Made by a program: the position numbers and the translations under genes. 64,000 bases of DNA, taken from Dimorphilus gyrociliatus (lineage: Eukaryota; Animalia; Annelida). Positions within the stretch are counted from its first letter, which is position 1. Each line of letters opens with the position of its first letter. The stretch covers positions 372,001 to 436,000 of the forward strand of contig CAJFCJ010000027.1 of assembly GCA_904063045.1 (NCBI GenBank), in the 5' to 3' direction. Positions 23,753 through 36,734 of the stretch are shown one piece after another. The notes beneath the pieces are model-generated. The model worked only from the letters and a program-made list of their open reading frames with translations. It did not search any database and was not told the DNA's origin.

Positions 23753-25047
23753 ATGATGGTTTATTTCTCTATATATATCTTTTTGAGTACAGTGTCAATT
23801 GTTATAGGTTAGCTTGAAGGGGAAAATGTATATTTTCTTGTAATTCGTAGACTATTTAAATATTTTATTATTTTTTAAGCAAAAAGTCATCTTGGAGAAG
23901 TTTGCAATCTGCAGATTGGTTGTGCTGATGGTAGTGGATCTTGTAACCAGTAAATAAGGAGTTAATTCTAGTTTAAAATTATTACTAATAGCTTAAAATG
24001 AATTATAATAATTTGTTTATGAATAGATATGGTTCGGATTACACTAACAAGTGTAAATACGGTGTATGTACATGCGGCAGCTTTAGTAATCAGGTTGATG
24101 ATAAATGCTACTCAACTAGTATATACTTATATAAAATTACATCTACAGTATACCTATTATATCTTTGTCATATTTAGAGACTTTTAATCAGAGTTGCGAG
24201 TTGGATAATCCTAAAAATGAATGTAGGAAAGAATATCATCTATTCTGTAATGATAGTATATGTATTTGCGATAAGGGATACGAACAAAATATGATAAATA
24301 TGAGAAAATGTTATATAAAATCAAGTCAAGCGAAACGTTTAGGTGAAAAATGTAAGCATGCGGATGAATGTGTTAAAGGTAAAGAAGTAATTTAAGGTAT
24401 TTGCCTATAGGAATTTATCAACTAAGAATGTTTTACAGGCAGACTACGAAATGCAACCTGTAAAGACGGAAGATGCGTTTGTAAAGCGCAATACACAACA
24501 CACGGCTTTAGATGTATAAAACAAGAACACGGCCAATCTTGTAAACATGGTAGAGAGGGAGAAAAATGTAGAGGAACACTCGATAAAAATTTATTATGTA
24601 CGAATAATATTTGTTTATGCAAAATGGATTATATATGGATACTAGGATTATGTTTAAAAAAAGACTGTTAGTACATAAAGTTTTAATCAATTTCATTCAC
24701 TTTTCTTTAATTGTTATATAAAAAAATCCTTTTTCCACTAGCTGTCTTTAACAGAACGTTTAGTCAAAGTTGTACAGCAAAACCGAAAGGCAGAAGCAAA
24801 CCTGTTCAAATATGTAAATCTGGGTTACTTTGTCAAAAGTGTAACTATTCCCCCCTAAGACCCCGCTGTGTAAGAAGTAAGTTATTATTCTATAAAACAC
24901 GATAGATGAACTATAGATAATCTCTATACAACAATTTTTATAGCCGATGAATCAATCTCGTCCTATTCAGAAAATTTGAAAGCAGCAGCAAGCGATACTT
25001 TAAATATTTTTCAAATTGGAATGATTTATTATTTCATATTTATTTAA
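23753..25047 (+). CDS. Cys-rich EB/EGF-like-module surface protein, cluster gene 5 (294 aa)
   Basis: Exons 23753-23807, 23880-23949, 24027-24118, 24178-24378, 24439-24666, 24742-24876, 24944-25047; same phases. Signal peptide MMVYFSIYIFLSTVSIVIA; tail AAASDTLNIFQIGMIYYFIFI*. Confidence 0.9.
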
Positions 25048-26104
25048 ATACCTTTAAAGTCTTTAATAGTTTGTAACAGTTGATTATTACACAATTACAT
25101 ACTGTATATATATACTGTATATATTTATATACGGTATATTAGTATATATGTTGTTTATACTGTTTTTTTTAATGTGTATATGATGTAATTAGTGCAAAAT
25201 ACATTACTCTAATAAGATCATATTACTTAAGAAAGTCTATCCTGATGTTCTTGATTATTAGTAGCTTGATAATAATGCCTAATTAAAATAATATCAAGAA
25301 AAAGACCTTGTCCTATAACCCAGCTTCTTCCACAGCAAACATATTTAAGGAGAAAATCTACACCGTAAGCTTTAATAGTGGTACGTTTTTTATTTGTTAT
25401 ATAGATGTATATTTACAGTTTTACAGTTTTATAGAAAAACAACACCATTCACTCGTTATTGTTAATATATAAAATAATTTGTATAAACTTAATTATCATT
25501 CACTTAAAGGAATAATAGAAAAAGAGAGAGAAATATAATAAACTCTTCAGTGTAAGAGAAGTTATATTCTTCCCTATTTTACAGCATCTCAAAAATATTT
25601 ATTACTATAACATTTCATGAAAGATTAAAGCAGGAAACAATGTATTTTCTATTAAATAGCTAACTAACTAAATTAAAGGTGTACCATAATTTTTTTTAAA
25701 AAAAACACCAATTAGAATGTTTAATATTTACGGTAAAAGGTATTTATTAAAGGTAAAAATCTATTTTCGTCAATTGACAATTATTCTTTTTGAATAAGGA
25801 ATAATAGAAAATTTTCTAATTCGCTTTAAGTTGTTTAATAATTGTTAGGGAAAAAGAAACAAAACAACCAATTATTGAAAAACATGAACAGAAGACTTTT
25901 TATTATAAAGAAAAGTCAAAATTTATTAAAAAATTGATATAATTATTGAAAAGAAGAAACTTGAATAATATCTCTGGTAATAAAGACAAACTGAAATATA
26001 AAAATAGCTATTATTAAAGATTAGTAATAATTTAAAGTTTTCAACTTCAAACAGCTGTATACATCACGCCTTGAGGAGAAAGGAAAATTTTTCCATTTTG
26101 TCTG

Positions 26105-26146
<42 letters not shown>

Positions 26147-26696
26147 CAATTAGAATTCATTATTTTTGCATTGAAATTACTATTTTATTAAAAAATTTGA
26201 CTAAAGGAAGAAAAAGGCAAGTTATTTATAGGAGTGTCACTTGGTAGTTTTACTTCCTAAAACTAAACATATACACTTTTTAGTTAAACAAACTGAGAAT
26301 ATAATAAAAATGACAATTTTTTTTCAGCCTAACTAGATGTTTATTCTGAATTGTTTTGTTTACATTAAATAAAGAATGATTAATTGTTTGAACATTTTAA
26401 GCTGTCGAACTGGCGATGGTTTTTTGTATGTGTGTAGAAAAAACAGAGTAAGAGATTACGATAGAAAACTGATTTTTCTCATTTAGATTTCGCAATATAG
26501 AATTCAATACAATAAAAAAGTAATTGTATGATCAATATACACTACATAATCGAAACGGAAATCCTGTTATAAGGTAGAAAAAAGACTTCTTATCGTATGC
26601 AAATATTAATAAGTTTAAGTGGTCTTTCTTTCTCTAACTAGGAATATTGTACCTTTATAGATGGATATCTAAGTGTTGATGTCTTAAAACGTAGCA

Positions 26697-26741
<45 letters not shown>

Positions 26742-27049
26742 CTTTACAGAGTTAAAAACAAATAAACAAAGTAAAAAAAACATCGATAATAAAAAAAAAA
26801 TTTGCATTTTTATTTAAATGATTTAAAACCTCATCAATAAACTTTAAAATATTAAGTGCAGATGGCGCAATATTTATTAAGGATTACAGGACAATTTATA
26901 GCGCCGTCTATAAATGACCAGTTCTAAATACGGAAATTGGCGTCAATTAAACTATGCTTGAAGTCGTTATTTCTTATTGCAATTAGGCGGATTGTATTGT
27001 CTATTAACACAACTTCGTATTGATAAAGCAAATTAACGTAATCATCGCT

Positions 27050-27440
27050 ATGCCACCCAAAAGTAAGTATTTAAAATCAATGTTTTTTTTCGAAGGTAAC
27101 TATTGTTATCGATATACGAAAGTACGTGACACCTTACACACAAACTGCTATTATCGCCCAAGTATTCGTCAATGCATTCTTTAGACAACGATTTTCGATG
27201 TATATAGTATTGTTATTAGTTAGATGGAAAATCACTAGTCATTTACATTTAGTATAAACGATAAATTTTCATACCAAAAAACAAAAAATAAATCGAAGAG
27301 TAATGCAAAAAAATAGATTAAACTAGGCCTAACGCTTTTATTAGGCCGGTTTATTGAACGAATTTTTTTTTTTACAAGAACTTTTCATAAGCGCTTTATA
27401 CTTGATTGACGACGGACCCAGCTATCTCTCTCCTTCCCTC

Positions 27441-27473
<33 letters not shown>

Positions 27474-28800
27474 TTAAACTGGCATTTAACTTGAAAGAAA
27501 TTGTTTGAGAAAGAAATATTAATTATATTTCTTTCAGTGTCTCTTCTTCAACTTTGAAGTATTTACTCCTATCATCGACGTCCGATAAAATTTTTTATCC
27601 TACAATTCAAACCTTAGCTATTAAAAAATTTAGTCTTGAAAATTTAATTTGTGAATAAGAGAATTCATTGAAAAAATCAAAAAAAGTCGGAAACGTTATG
27701 GCTCTAAATACGGGTTTTAAAGTAAATTTATCAGCAACTGGCTTTTCTGAACATAGAAGGAGAACGGCAAAGAGTGCTAAATCTGGTAGATATTTATTAT
27801 TATTATTATTATTATTATTGTATTTTTGTATTAATAATAGTAGTATTTTACGTTCAAAATCTATTTAATCGCCATAAAAAATTATATATATATGTATATA
27901 TGAAGACAGAGATTAGATAGAACTTATTAAAAGCAAGAGATATTCAAGAGACCCCGTTAATGGCATTATGCAATAATATCAAATAGTTCTAGAATTATCT
28001 TTCAATCCCGTTCAATCTACTGAGAATATCTGCCGATAAAATATTAAATTATATATCTACATTTTCCATGAAATAACCACATTAGACATCAATAGGAATC
28101 TATTAAATTTATTAACTAAAAGAGTTACAATATACATATTTATACAGTAGGTTAAATTCTGGTTCACTAATTTATTCTAGATGACGTAATTAATATAGGA
28201 TTCGGCTTAAAATGTTCTATATTAAGGATTCTATTAAAAATTAACAGTAAAAAATAGTAAAAACATGAAAGAAAATAGGTAAATGTACATTCTTAATTAG
28301 TATTATTACGTTTAAAGATAGAAAGAATTGATCTTTCAACATAGTTTTCCTCTTTATTCTTGTTTAAACAATAAACGCTTTAGCACACAATGCAGTAGAA
28401 ATGTTATATATATATATATGTAAATATAACCCTATAATCAAACTTATATATGTATATACTGTATATATATATATATATATATATTCATCTACGACGTTAA
28501 TTGGTTACTTATTTGCAAAACAATCAAATAACAGTAATATATCGTATATTATTTCTATGCTCAATCAATGAACAGCTTAAACGTTCATATTTTTATATTA
28601 GCGATAAATAAATAAATAACAGTCTATATAAAAAATATTAAAGTGTATATATAGAATTAATAAATAAATGTAATTTATTACGAATTATGTAATGTAACTC
28701 AACTGTTCATTTTTCTTTCGATTCTACTCTATTCAATTTAATATGATATTTTATAACTTTCTGTTATTTCTCTTTACTTGCTCATTCACTCATTCAGCCA

Positions 28801-28843
<43 letters not shown>

Positions 28844-31800
28844 AAAGAGAAATAAAAATCATTAGCGAATAGAAAAATAGAAAACTTCCGCTGAAAATTC
28901 TTTTTCAATATCACATGAATATCTGTTAATAACAATTACTAATTTAAATAATTAATTGGTCTAATTTTCTCATAAAATGGATAAATAATGAGAAAAGAAA
29001 TTTATGAAGTGTTCCTCTTTCTTTTTTTATCAAGTATCGATTTATTAGAGGAAGAGAATGCCTTAGAATACACTTTTACTATTTTTTTATTTACACACTT
29101 CTCCTTTAAGAACTTTGTTATATTCTTCTTCCAGGAAATTTTCAATACCTTAATAGCTTTTTTATGCCATAAAATCGTGTTAATAAGAAGTGATAAAATA
29201 ATGAAAAGGACTTGTGAAATTGACATAATAAGTAAAAAATAAAGAAAGGAGACACTCTTATCTTCTTGCTTTTCTATGAGAAAGCATTTTATTTTCTATG
29301 GGAAAATTGGAAATTTTTCTCGTTCTAATCTTTTTTGCTTGAATAATTCATTCAAACATTCAAGTGCGAAATCCGTAAAGAAACTTAACATAAAAATTAA
29401 AATACTTATTAACGCTTCATTTAGAAAATACGTAAGAATAATCTCAATTATTCGCCTTATTGTCCTATATTTTTTAACTTTTCAACAATAATAAATACTT
29501 AACCTCCTATTCTTACTCATTTCTAGAAAAACAACCACCGGAGAGGCCATCTGCACCAGTCGAATTGAAAGTTACCCACTATAATATCGAAATTAGTTGG
29601 GAAGATGCTCTAGAAAAGCAGCAATCAAAAAGTCAAAAGGGAGACGAAAGAATTACAGTTCAATTACAAAGTATGGATAAGAATGGCGAGTTTCAAAACA
29701 TTTACAAGTAAGAAAAGTATTTTTAATCATCTTTTATCTCCTTTTATTATTATTATTATTATTCCAATAGCCTTTTGGCTAAATTTGTCCTATAATCTAA
29801 TCCAAAAAGTGTTCAAAGAGAGAAAGTTCACTTCTCTCTCACCTCTCTCATATTTATGTTAAAAATTACAATTTAACAAATTGTTACCCCACCAATAGGT
29901 TATTTAGAATACAAAGTCAAAAAAAAGAAAACACCAAATTCATTCATTCCTTCTCAAATTCCGGCTTAAGCTGTTTAGTAAAGAAAATTGACCTAATTCT
30001 GTAATTTTTCTATTCTATCGCTTAGCACTTTCTGGTAACGGGTTTTACACGTATTTGTCGACTGAAAAGAAAAATAGACTCTTATTCTGTTCAAACTCTT
30101 TATTCACAGCTGATCAAACTGACGAGAGATCTGCGAAAAAATTAATAAGGCCTATAGCGTAATCTATAGACAAAATATTTATCCATTGATTATTTTCCTT
30201 CTAGGTTAATTTTAAAATTTGTTATAAAGGTAAAGAAAATATAATTAAAATAATCAATGATTTATCCATTTTGTTCTAATGATTAATATATTAAATTTGA
30301 AGTTTAGAGTGCACGTCTCGAACCATTTAAAAACTATAAAAGAACATGATATTCACATATAAACAATATTGATGGAATATGTTGAGATAATGCAATATAT
30401 GTTAAATATTTATCATTATTAATTTATTATTATATCTCTGTCATTCCTGTATTAATTAACTAATTTGACAAAAGATAGAGGATATATAGAAGAAAGTAGA
30501 AAACTGTAAAAGGATAAAATAGAGGAAATACTCTTCTTCTGGTCTATAAATTGAAGATTTAAAAACAGAATAAGAATAGAAATATCAAAATCGATATTAT
30601 CTCTTGAAAAGGGAAAGTTATCAATTATTCATTAACAACTCTTCATCTAATACATTTAACTAGTATTCTTCATTAATTTCTCTTGTTATTTTACAAAGTT
30701 ATTCTACTGTTTATCCTTCTTTAGCCTTATTAAAAAAGACGCTTTATTTTAATATTAATAATCTTTCAAACGCCCACTCCTTCAGAATAACACCTTTTAT
30801 ATTTTCCTCCACTCCCATTTCCTCCCCGCTCTCTTTCTTTTATTTAAATCCTTTTAGAAACACACTCCATTGTAGTTATATCCTTCTATTTTGCTTATTA
30901 TATCAATTGTATTGTTCTGAAAAGAAAATAACACTTTCGATAGATACAACCCTAGTAAATAATGTAGGCAACGAGGTCAAGTGATCAGTCGTTAAACATT
31001 TATCATTTTGAAAGAAGAGATGGATTGCTTAACAGAAAATTACTATTGATTAGTCGAGCTTTAATCCGTGATTGTTTGCAACCGGAAAACGAATGGTTTG
31101 CGAGAACTAACAACCTTTTAATTATTCAATTATAGTTATGTGACGTCACAAGAGTCTCTTACAGGTGAATACTTTCGATAGTTATGTTCAATTCCTAAAA
31201 GGTTATATTCGTAAGCGACTCGTATTATGTAATACCCTTAAAGAAGCTTTGGTGAAAAGGAAATTATTGAAGAAGATCAATAAAATCAATTTGAAAGTTG
31301 ATCCTATGGCGCTGCTTGAGCTAATCCGTCGATAATCTTTTACAAAGTAGTGTAATTGAGATTTGTATGAACAAGCCAGCTGAAAATTGATAGGATGCCT
31401 AAGTGCCACTTTGTCAGAGCTATCTGGCGGCTAAAACATGAACAAAACATCCCATAATTATACGTTATAGATTTAAATTTCTAATAATAGATAACTTTTA
31501 CGTCATTAATATTTTTTATGTTCTATCTTTGTTATTAAGGAAGCAAATAGTAATTAAAAAACAGAGGTAGAGAGAAAGAAAGAGAGAGAGGGAGAGAGAG
31601 AGAGATTTATTTTTAGATCTTTCTATAAAGGAGTTGAATGTTCACAAATTTTGAACAAAAGTTTTAAAAGAGGGAAAATTACTTTAAAGAGTAATTTCCG
31701 TAATTTTTCTAATCCATTCAATTTCAATGCTAAATTTAATTCTTTTAGCGTTTTGTCGTTTCACTTTTCACTTTAGTTAAAGAGAATAACTCGCACATTT

Positions 31801-34800
31801 ATATATAAAAATATTGATATATTAACATTCTAATCCCTTATAAGATTATTAAAATGGATTCTAATCCTTTAATGTAAATATTATATAATAGTTGTTAAAT
31901 CTACTGGACGCGTAATTTATCATATTCGTATGGAAGCGTATTACTCGAAGAATATCCTCTCTTTCTCCCTCTTTCTTTCTCCTCTTCCAACTCATTTCTT
32001 CCCCCCTCCCACTACCTTTCCTTCCTCTTCTTACTCTATATTGTTTAAAAGCAAAGTATAACTTAACTAATAAAATAAAAAAGAAATCAATATAATAAAA
32101 AAGAAACGAAAGAATTAAACAAAAGAGAATAAAAGACAGATTCAATAACCTTTAAAGTTCAAGTAGGAGAATGAAATAATCCATTTTATCTTAAATATAT
32201 CTAAAATATTATTGATCTGAATGATAAAAACAACTGGTTTTAAGAGCAAAATAATGGAATAAATTGAATTATACTCTTTTAAAACTAACTAACAACACTA
32301 ATTAAAAGCTATAAAAGAAGAGTGGTTGAATAAAAGAATTTGTCTCTCCCATTACGTTCAAGTGAAAAGAAATACTTGAAAAAATATATTTTTTATAATA
32401 AAAGGTCACTTCCGGTATAGAGACCTAGTTTTTTTTCTTTTGATTTTTCCATAGAAAAGATTGATCTAAAGATTTTTATTACGAAACTAAATCTTTAACT
32501 TCGTATTTAAATACTAGACTAAATGGAATTTTTCCAATCAATTCCATTGACTTTGATAAGTAATAGTAGTTTGATAGTTATTTATGATTTTGATAACAAA
32601 AAAGAGACAAAACTATGCTCCACTTTTGTTACAATAATATAAATCTATAAAGTAATTTGATTGCAATAAGGCATACTAGAAAACGTCAAAAAAATTCTTC
32701 TTTTTCCTTTATGAATACAAACGCCAATCTACTTTTAGCTTTTGTGCCGAAAAAAAAGAGCTATTCCCTTAATCCTTAATAATAGAAAAGAAAAAAAACA
32801 CTACCTGAATATTTTGAATATTGATTGTGAATTCCATTAAAAAAATCATTTATATCCCAATTTTATTTCAACTTTTTTTTTTACAAAATATTTATATTCT
32901 TTTGAGCGATAATAAGACAACATTGTTTATTTTTAATTAAAATTGCTATTTAAGTTTATTATTCTAATTGAGTTTTGTTATTGTTTTGATTTTTAGAGGT
33001 TATGCAAAATGTACCGTTGTAAATGACCTCGAAGCCTGGACACAATATCGATTTCGTGTCAGATTCCAGAATGATTTTGGAGTTTCGGACTGGAGTCCGG
33101 AAGTTTGTATATCGACCAAGAGTACGTTATTTCTTTACTGATTATACCTATTCGTTTCTTATAGTGTTCGAATAATACTATTCAAGTTCTTTGCCTAGTT
33201 ATTTCTTTCTATTTTCTTTTTTTAAATATTAAACAGAGGAACCTTTAACTGGAGATAATCTGCATAGGGCAATCGCTTTGGACGATTTTGGAGCTTTAGA
33301 AAGGGTTATTGAAAGCGGGTAACTATTGAATTAAGATTATTAAGCGCTAATCAAACTGTATGTATTTACTTGAATACGCTTATAAAATTGTTTACCAAAT
33401 CGGTGTTGTACTTAAAAAAGCGAAAACTATTACATAATAGTTATATATATACTGTATATACATATATAAATTTTACACATATTCAATAAATTCAATATAT
33501 TTGGCTAATTGTTCAATATAATGAGAAATTTCGTAGAAAATATCACGATCTTATTATCTTACTTTTATTTTATCAATGTAAATTTCAATATTTATTCATC
33601 GATATTTCTTTCATAAATCAATCGACAAATCTTATATTTGATTTATTGACCAGAAATAAAAGAATTCCCTTAGTTTATTTTATATTTTATTACATCCCTT
33701 ATTATTTATAAACAATTGTTGTTTTTAACAGAGACGTTCATATTGATACACCCGATAAGTATGGATTTAGTCCACTAATGCAGGCCTCTCAAAAAGGTTT
33801 AAGACCAGAGTAAGTGTGTTTACAAAATGTACCATTTTCAACTCCTCTTTTCCATTCATCCATTCCATCCATCTTTGTTTCTTCCAAACAAACAAAAAAG
33901 TAGTAATTTTATTTAAATCTTAAATCTCCATTCACATGAACTATCACGAATATTATATATTAAATGTAAGTGAACGTGCCAACTTTTGAATGGCTGTAAT
34001 ATCAGATCAAAACCAGAAGATAATAAAGAGGAATGGAAAATTAAATGTATATTTGATTATGTTATATATATATATATTTTTTTTTAAATCAATTTATGCT
34101 TTCCTTTAATCTTATTGGTTCAAATTTTTGCATAATCTTTATTAAAATTACGTTATTAATAATAGAAACAATCTCCTTTTCTTTTTGATATTTTAGAATC
34201 TTGGAAAAGTTAATAGAATCTGGAGCGGATGTCAATCTGCAAAATGAAGCTGGTAAAACTTCCCTTATGTTGGCAGCTTTCGCTGGAAAATTGATTAGTG
34301 TGAAAGAATTAAAACATCACGGAGCTAGATTTGATCTCAAAGATAAGGGTGGTTCCACTGCTTTACATTGGGCTGTTGATGGTGGTAATGTCGAGATTAT
34401 TGAATTTATGGTAAAGCAAGGAGGTGATGTTAATTGGAAAGATGATCAGAATAATTGGACTCCTCTGTTAAGATTAGGTAACAAGATTTTGTTGTTTATA
34501 GAGATAAATATTATAATTAATCGATAATATTCTAATATATGTAGACTGTATATATTCTATTTCAGCTTCTGTTAGTGGAAAAGTAAACGTTGGTCGAAAA
34601 CTTTTAGAGTTAGGAGCAGACCTAAATGCAAAAGATAAAGATGGTAAAACTGCTTTAATGATAGCAGTGATAAATGGTCATAACGAGTTGGTTGAACTGC
34701 TACTGGACAGCAATTGCGATCTGACGATAAGAAACGATGTAATTGTTTTATTACTTGTTAACTTATTAATATAAATTATTAATAGCCACTATGTTTTTCT

Positions 34801-35003
34801 TTATATATTCTATTTTTTTATCTAGTACGGTAAAACTGCTTTAGAAATGGCTCAAGCAATGGAAAAGAGGGTGAGATTTTTTTTAATTAACCAATTAATG
34901 ACAATTGCTGTTGACCATTTGTTTTTCATCTAAAATTTAGAGAGTTCTTCGAACAATTGAAGACTTTATGGAAAGAAAAAAAGGCGAAAATGGAACCAAT
35001 TAG
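27050..35003 (+). CDS. FANK1: fibronectin type III and ankyrin repeat domain protein 1 (346 aa)
   Basis: Exons 27050-27062, 29527-29707, 32997-33121, 33237-33318, 33732-33809, 34197-34477, 34566-34738, 34826-34870, 34941-35003, phase-consistent. N-terminal FN3 (KVTHYNIEISW...GYAK..LEAWTQYRFRV..WSP), then EPLTGDNLHRAI and ankyrin repeats (GFSPLMQASQKG, GKTSLMLAAFAG, GSTALHWAVDGG, NWTPLLRLASVSG, GKTALMIAVING). Architecture and length match vertebrate FANK1 as recalled. The 13-nt first exon is the least certain. Confidence 0.93.
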
Positions 35004-36164
35004 GGGAGAAAATTCTTAAATACGTTTTCGATTAGCTAACATATTAGGAATGTCACTTGATCAACGCTTCTCAATGAACAATCTCTCCTCTCTCCCCCTG
35101 CCCTTCCTTTAGAAAATGAAATATCTCTATAATATCAATATCAAGAATAATAATAATAATAATTAGGCATAGAATTGTAAACGCTTTTCTCTCTTTGTCT
35201 TATATTTTATGTGTTCCAGATGAAAAACAAATTATTTACCTTCCTTCGTTAGAAAACAAAACTAAAAAAAAGGTGCTTCCTGTTTACCTTTTTTTATCTA
35301 GTTTTTATATCAAATGACTAGCTAAATATATATATATATATATATATATTTCCTGCTTCGTAAATTATCCGTCCGTTTATTAATCAGCTTATGCAAAACA
35401 AAGGGGAAAACAAACCAAATTTGTACTTGTCTTTCGACCTTATCAAGTAGTGCTGCCATCTTTAGCATTATTATTGTGTGGAAATATAGTTCATATTTAA
35501 CATATCCTGTTTTTGTTTCAATTCCTTAATTTATTAATAGAAATAGGCTTATAAAATTATTTTCACGCATGAATCATCAATAAATAAAAAGAGATAAAAA
35601 AGAGGGGTCAAGTGATCAACTTAACTCTATCACAAAACAAAATTTATAGGTACCTTCTTTACAATAAACAAAATTATTTAAATTCATCTTTCTTCCTCTC
35701 TCTCGCTGTGTTTTCCTTATTCCTTTGATTATTTTAATATCTCTTTCTATAATTAAAAAAGAGAAAGGTATCGGTATCAAAATCGAGTAAAAAAAAAAGT
35801 ATAAAAAAAGAAAAGTTCAGATATAAAAAGTAAAACAAAAAGACAAAAAAAAACGCACTAGACTAAATTAGAAAGAAAAGGGGATAAATAAATTAAGAGT
35901 AAAGCATTTTATACTCTTTATATACAGTATATACAATATTATATATATATACTGTATATACTTTTTACCATGTATGCTACACGAGTTGACTTTTTTATGC
36001 TGATCCTTAATGGAAAGATATCAATATCTTTAACAAAGGTCACAAAATTAATTGTGAATTTTAACAAAAGTAAAAGGAAGCGTTGAAATTATAAGTCCAA
36101 TACAAAAAAAATGATGTTTAAGTAATGAGTTAAATAGATACTACACAATGATTTATGAAGGATT

Positions 36165-36734
36165 TTATTTTGTTTCGGCGCAATATCCGATATAAGTATT
36201 CCAGGCTAAACCAACAATGTTTATCAAGAAAATTCTGTACTTTAGAGGAACGTAGTGAAAGTTTAATATTTGAACCACCGGCCAAATTTGATAGCTGTTG
36301 ATAAGGAGAGGGCTAAAATCTCTTGTAATTTTTTCATTGATTTCCTTAAATTTTTCATTTCTCAAAGCTCCCATAACACCAATATAACCTCCTAAATAGA
36401 CTGGTAGAAAAACTAATTGATCTAATAGAGTCTTTTTTGTAGCTGCTTTGAGACATTTCTTTGGTGTTATGATAACTTTATCCAACCATCTATACCAATA
36501 GTGCATACTAGGTCCAGCTATAAATAAACCTACAAATCCAAACCGAATAGTTCTCTGTGCGTCATAGTCTTTAAAAGATTTTTTTTCTATAAAGATCTGT
36601 GCTATTAGATCACCTGCACTCATTAAAACGCAAGTATTTAAAGCTGTTTTCGTGCAACCAGAGGTTTTTTCGTAAGAAATGACTATCCTTCGTCCTGTCA
36701 GTGGAAAAAACCTTTCGAAAGCTCTTAATAGCAT
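36165..36734 (-). CDS. MPV17: Mpv17/PMP22 family mitochondrial inner membrane protein, single exon (189 aa)
   Basis: Motifs LMSAGDLIAQ, YDAQRTIRF, GPSMHYWYRWLD, KTLLDQLVF, YQIWPVVQILNFHYVPLKYR..N.V..WNTY. Assignment to MPV17 rather than MPV17L2 or PXMP2 rests on recalled motif similarity. Confidence 0.9.
   Translation of the reverse strand: MLLRAFERFFPLTGRRIVISYEKTSGCTKTALNTCVLMSAGDLIAQIFIEKKSFKDYDAQRTIRFGFVGLFIAGPSMHYWYRWLDKVIITPKKCLKAATKKTLLDQLVFLPVYLGGYIGVMGALRNEKFKEINEKITRDFSPLLINSYQIWPVVQILNFHYVPLKYRIFLINIVGLAWNTYIGYCAETK

Noticed and set aside
30975-35618. Identical 13-mer GGTCAAGTGATCA at 30975 and 35606 (nuclear-receptor half-site-like)
   Set aside because: A post-hoc short match that cannot be distinguished from chance without conservation data.
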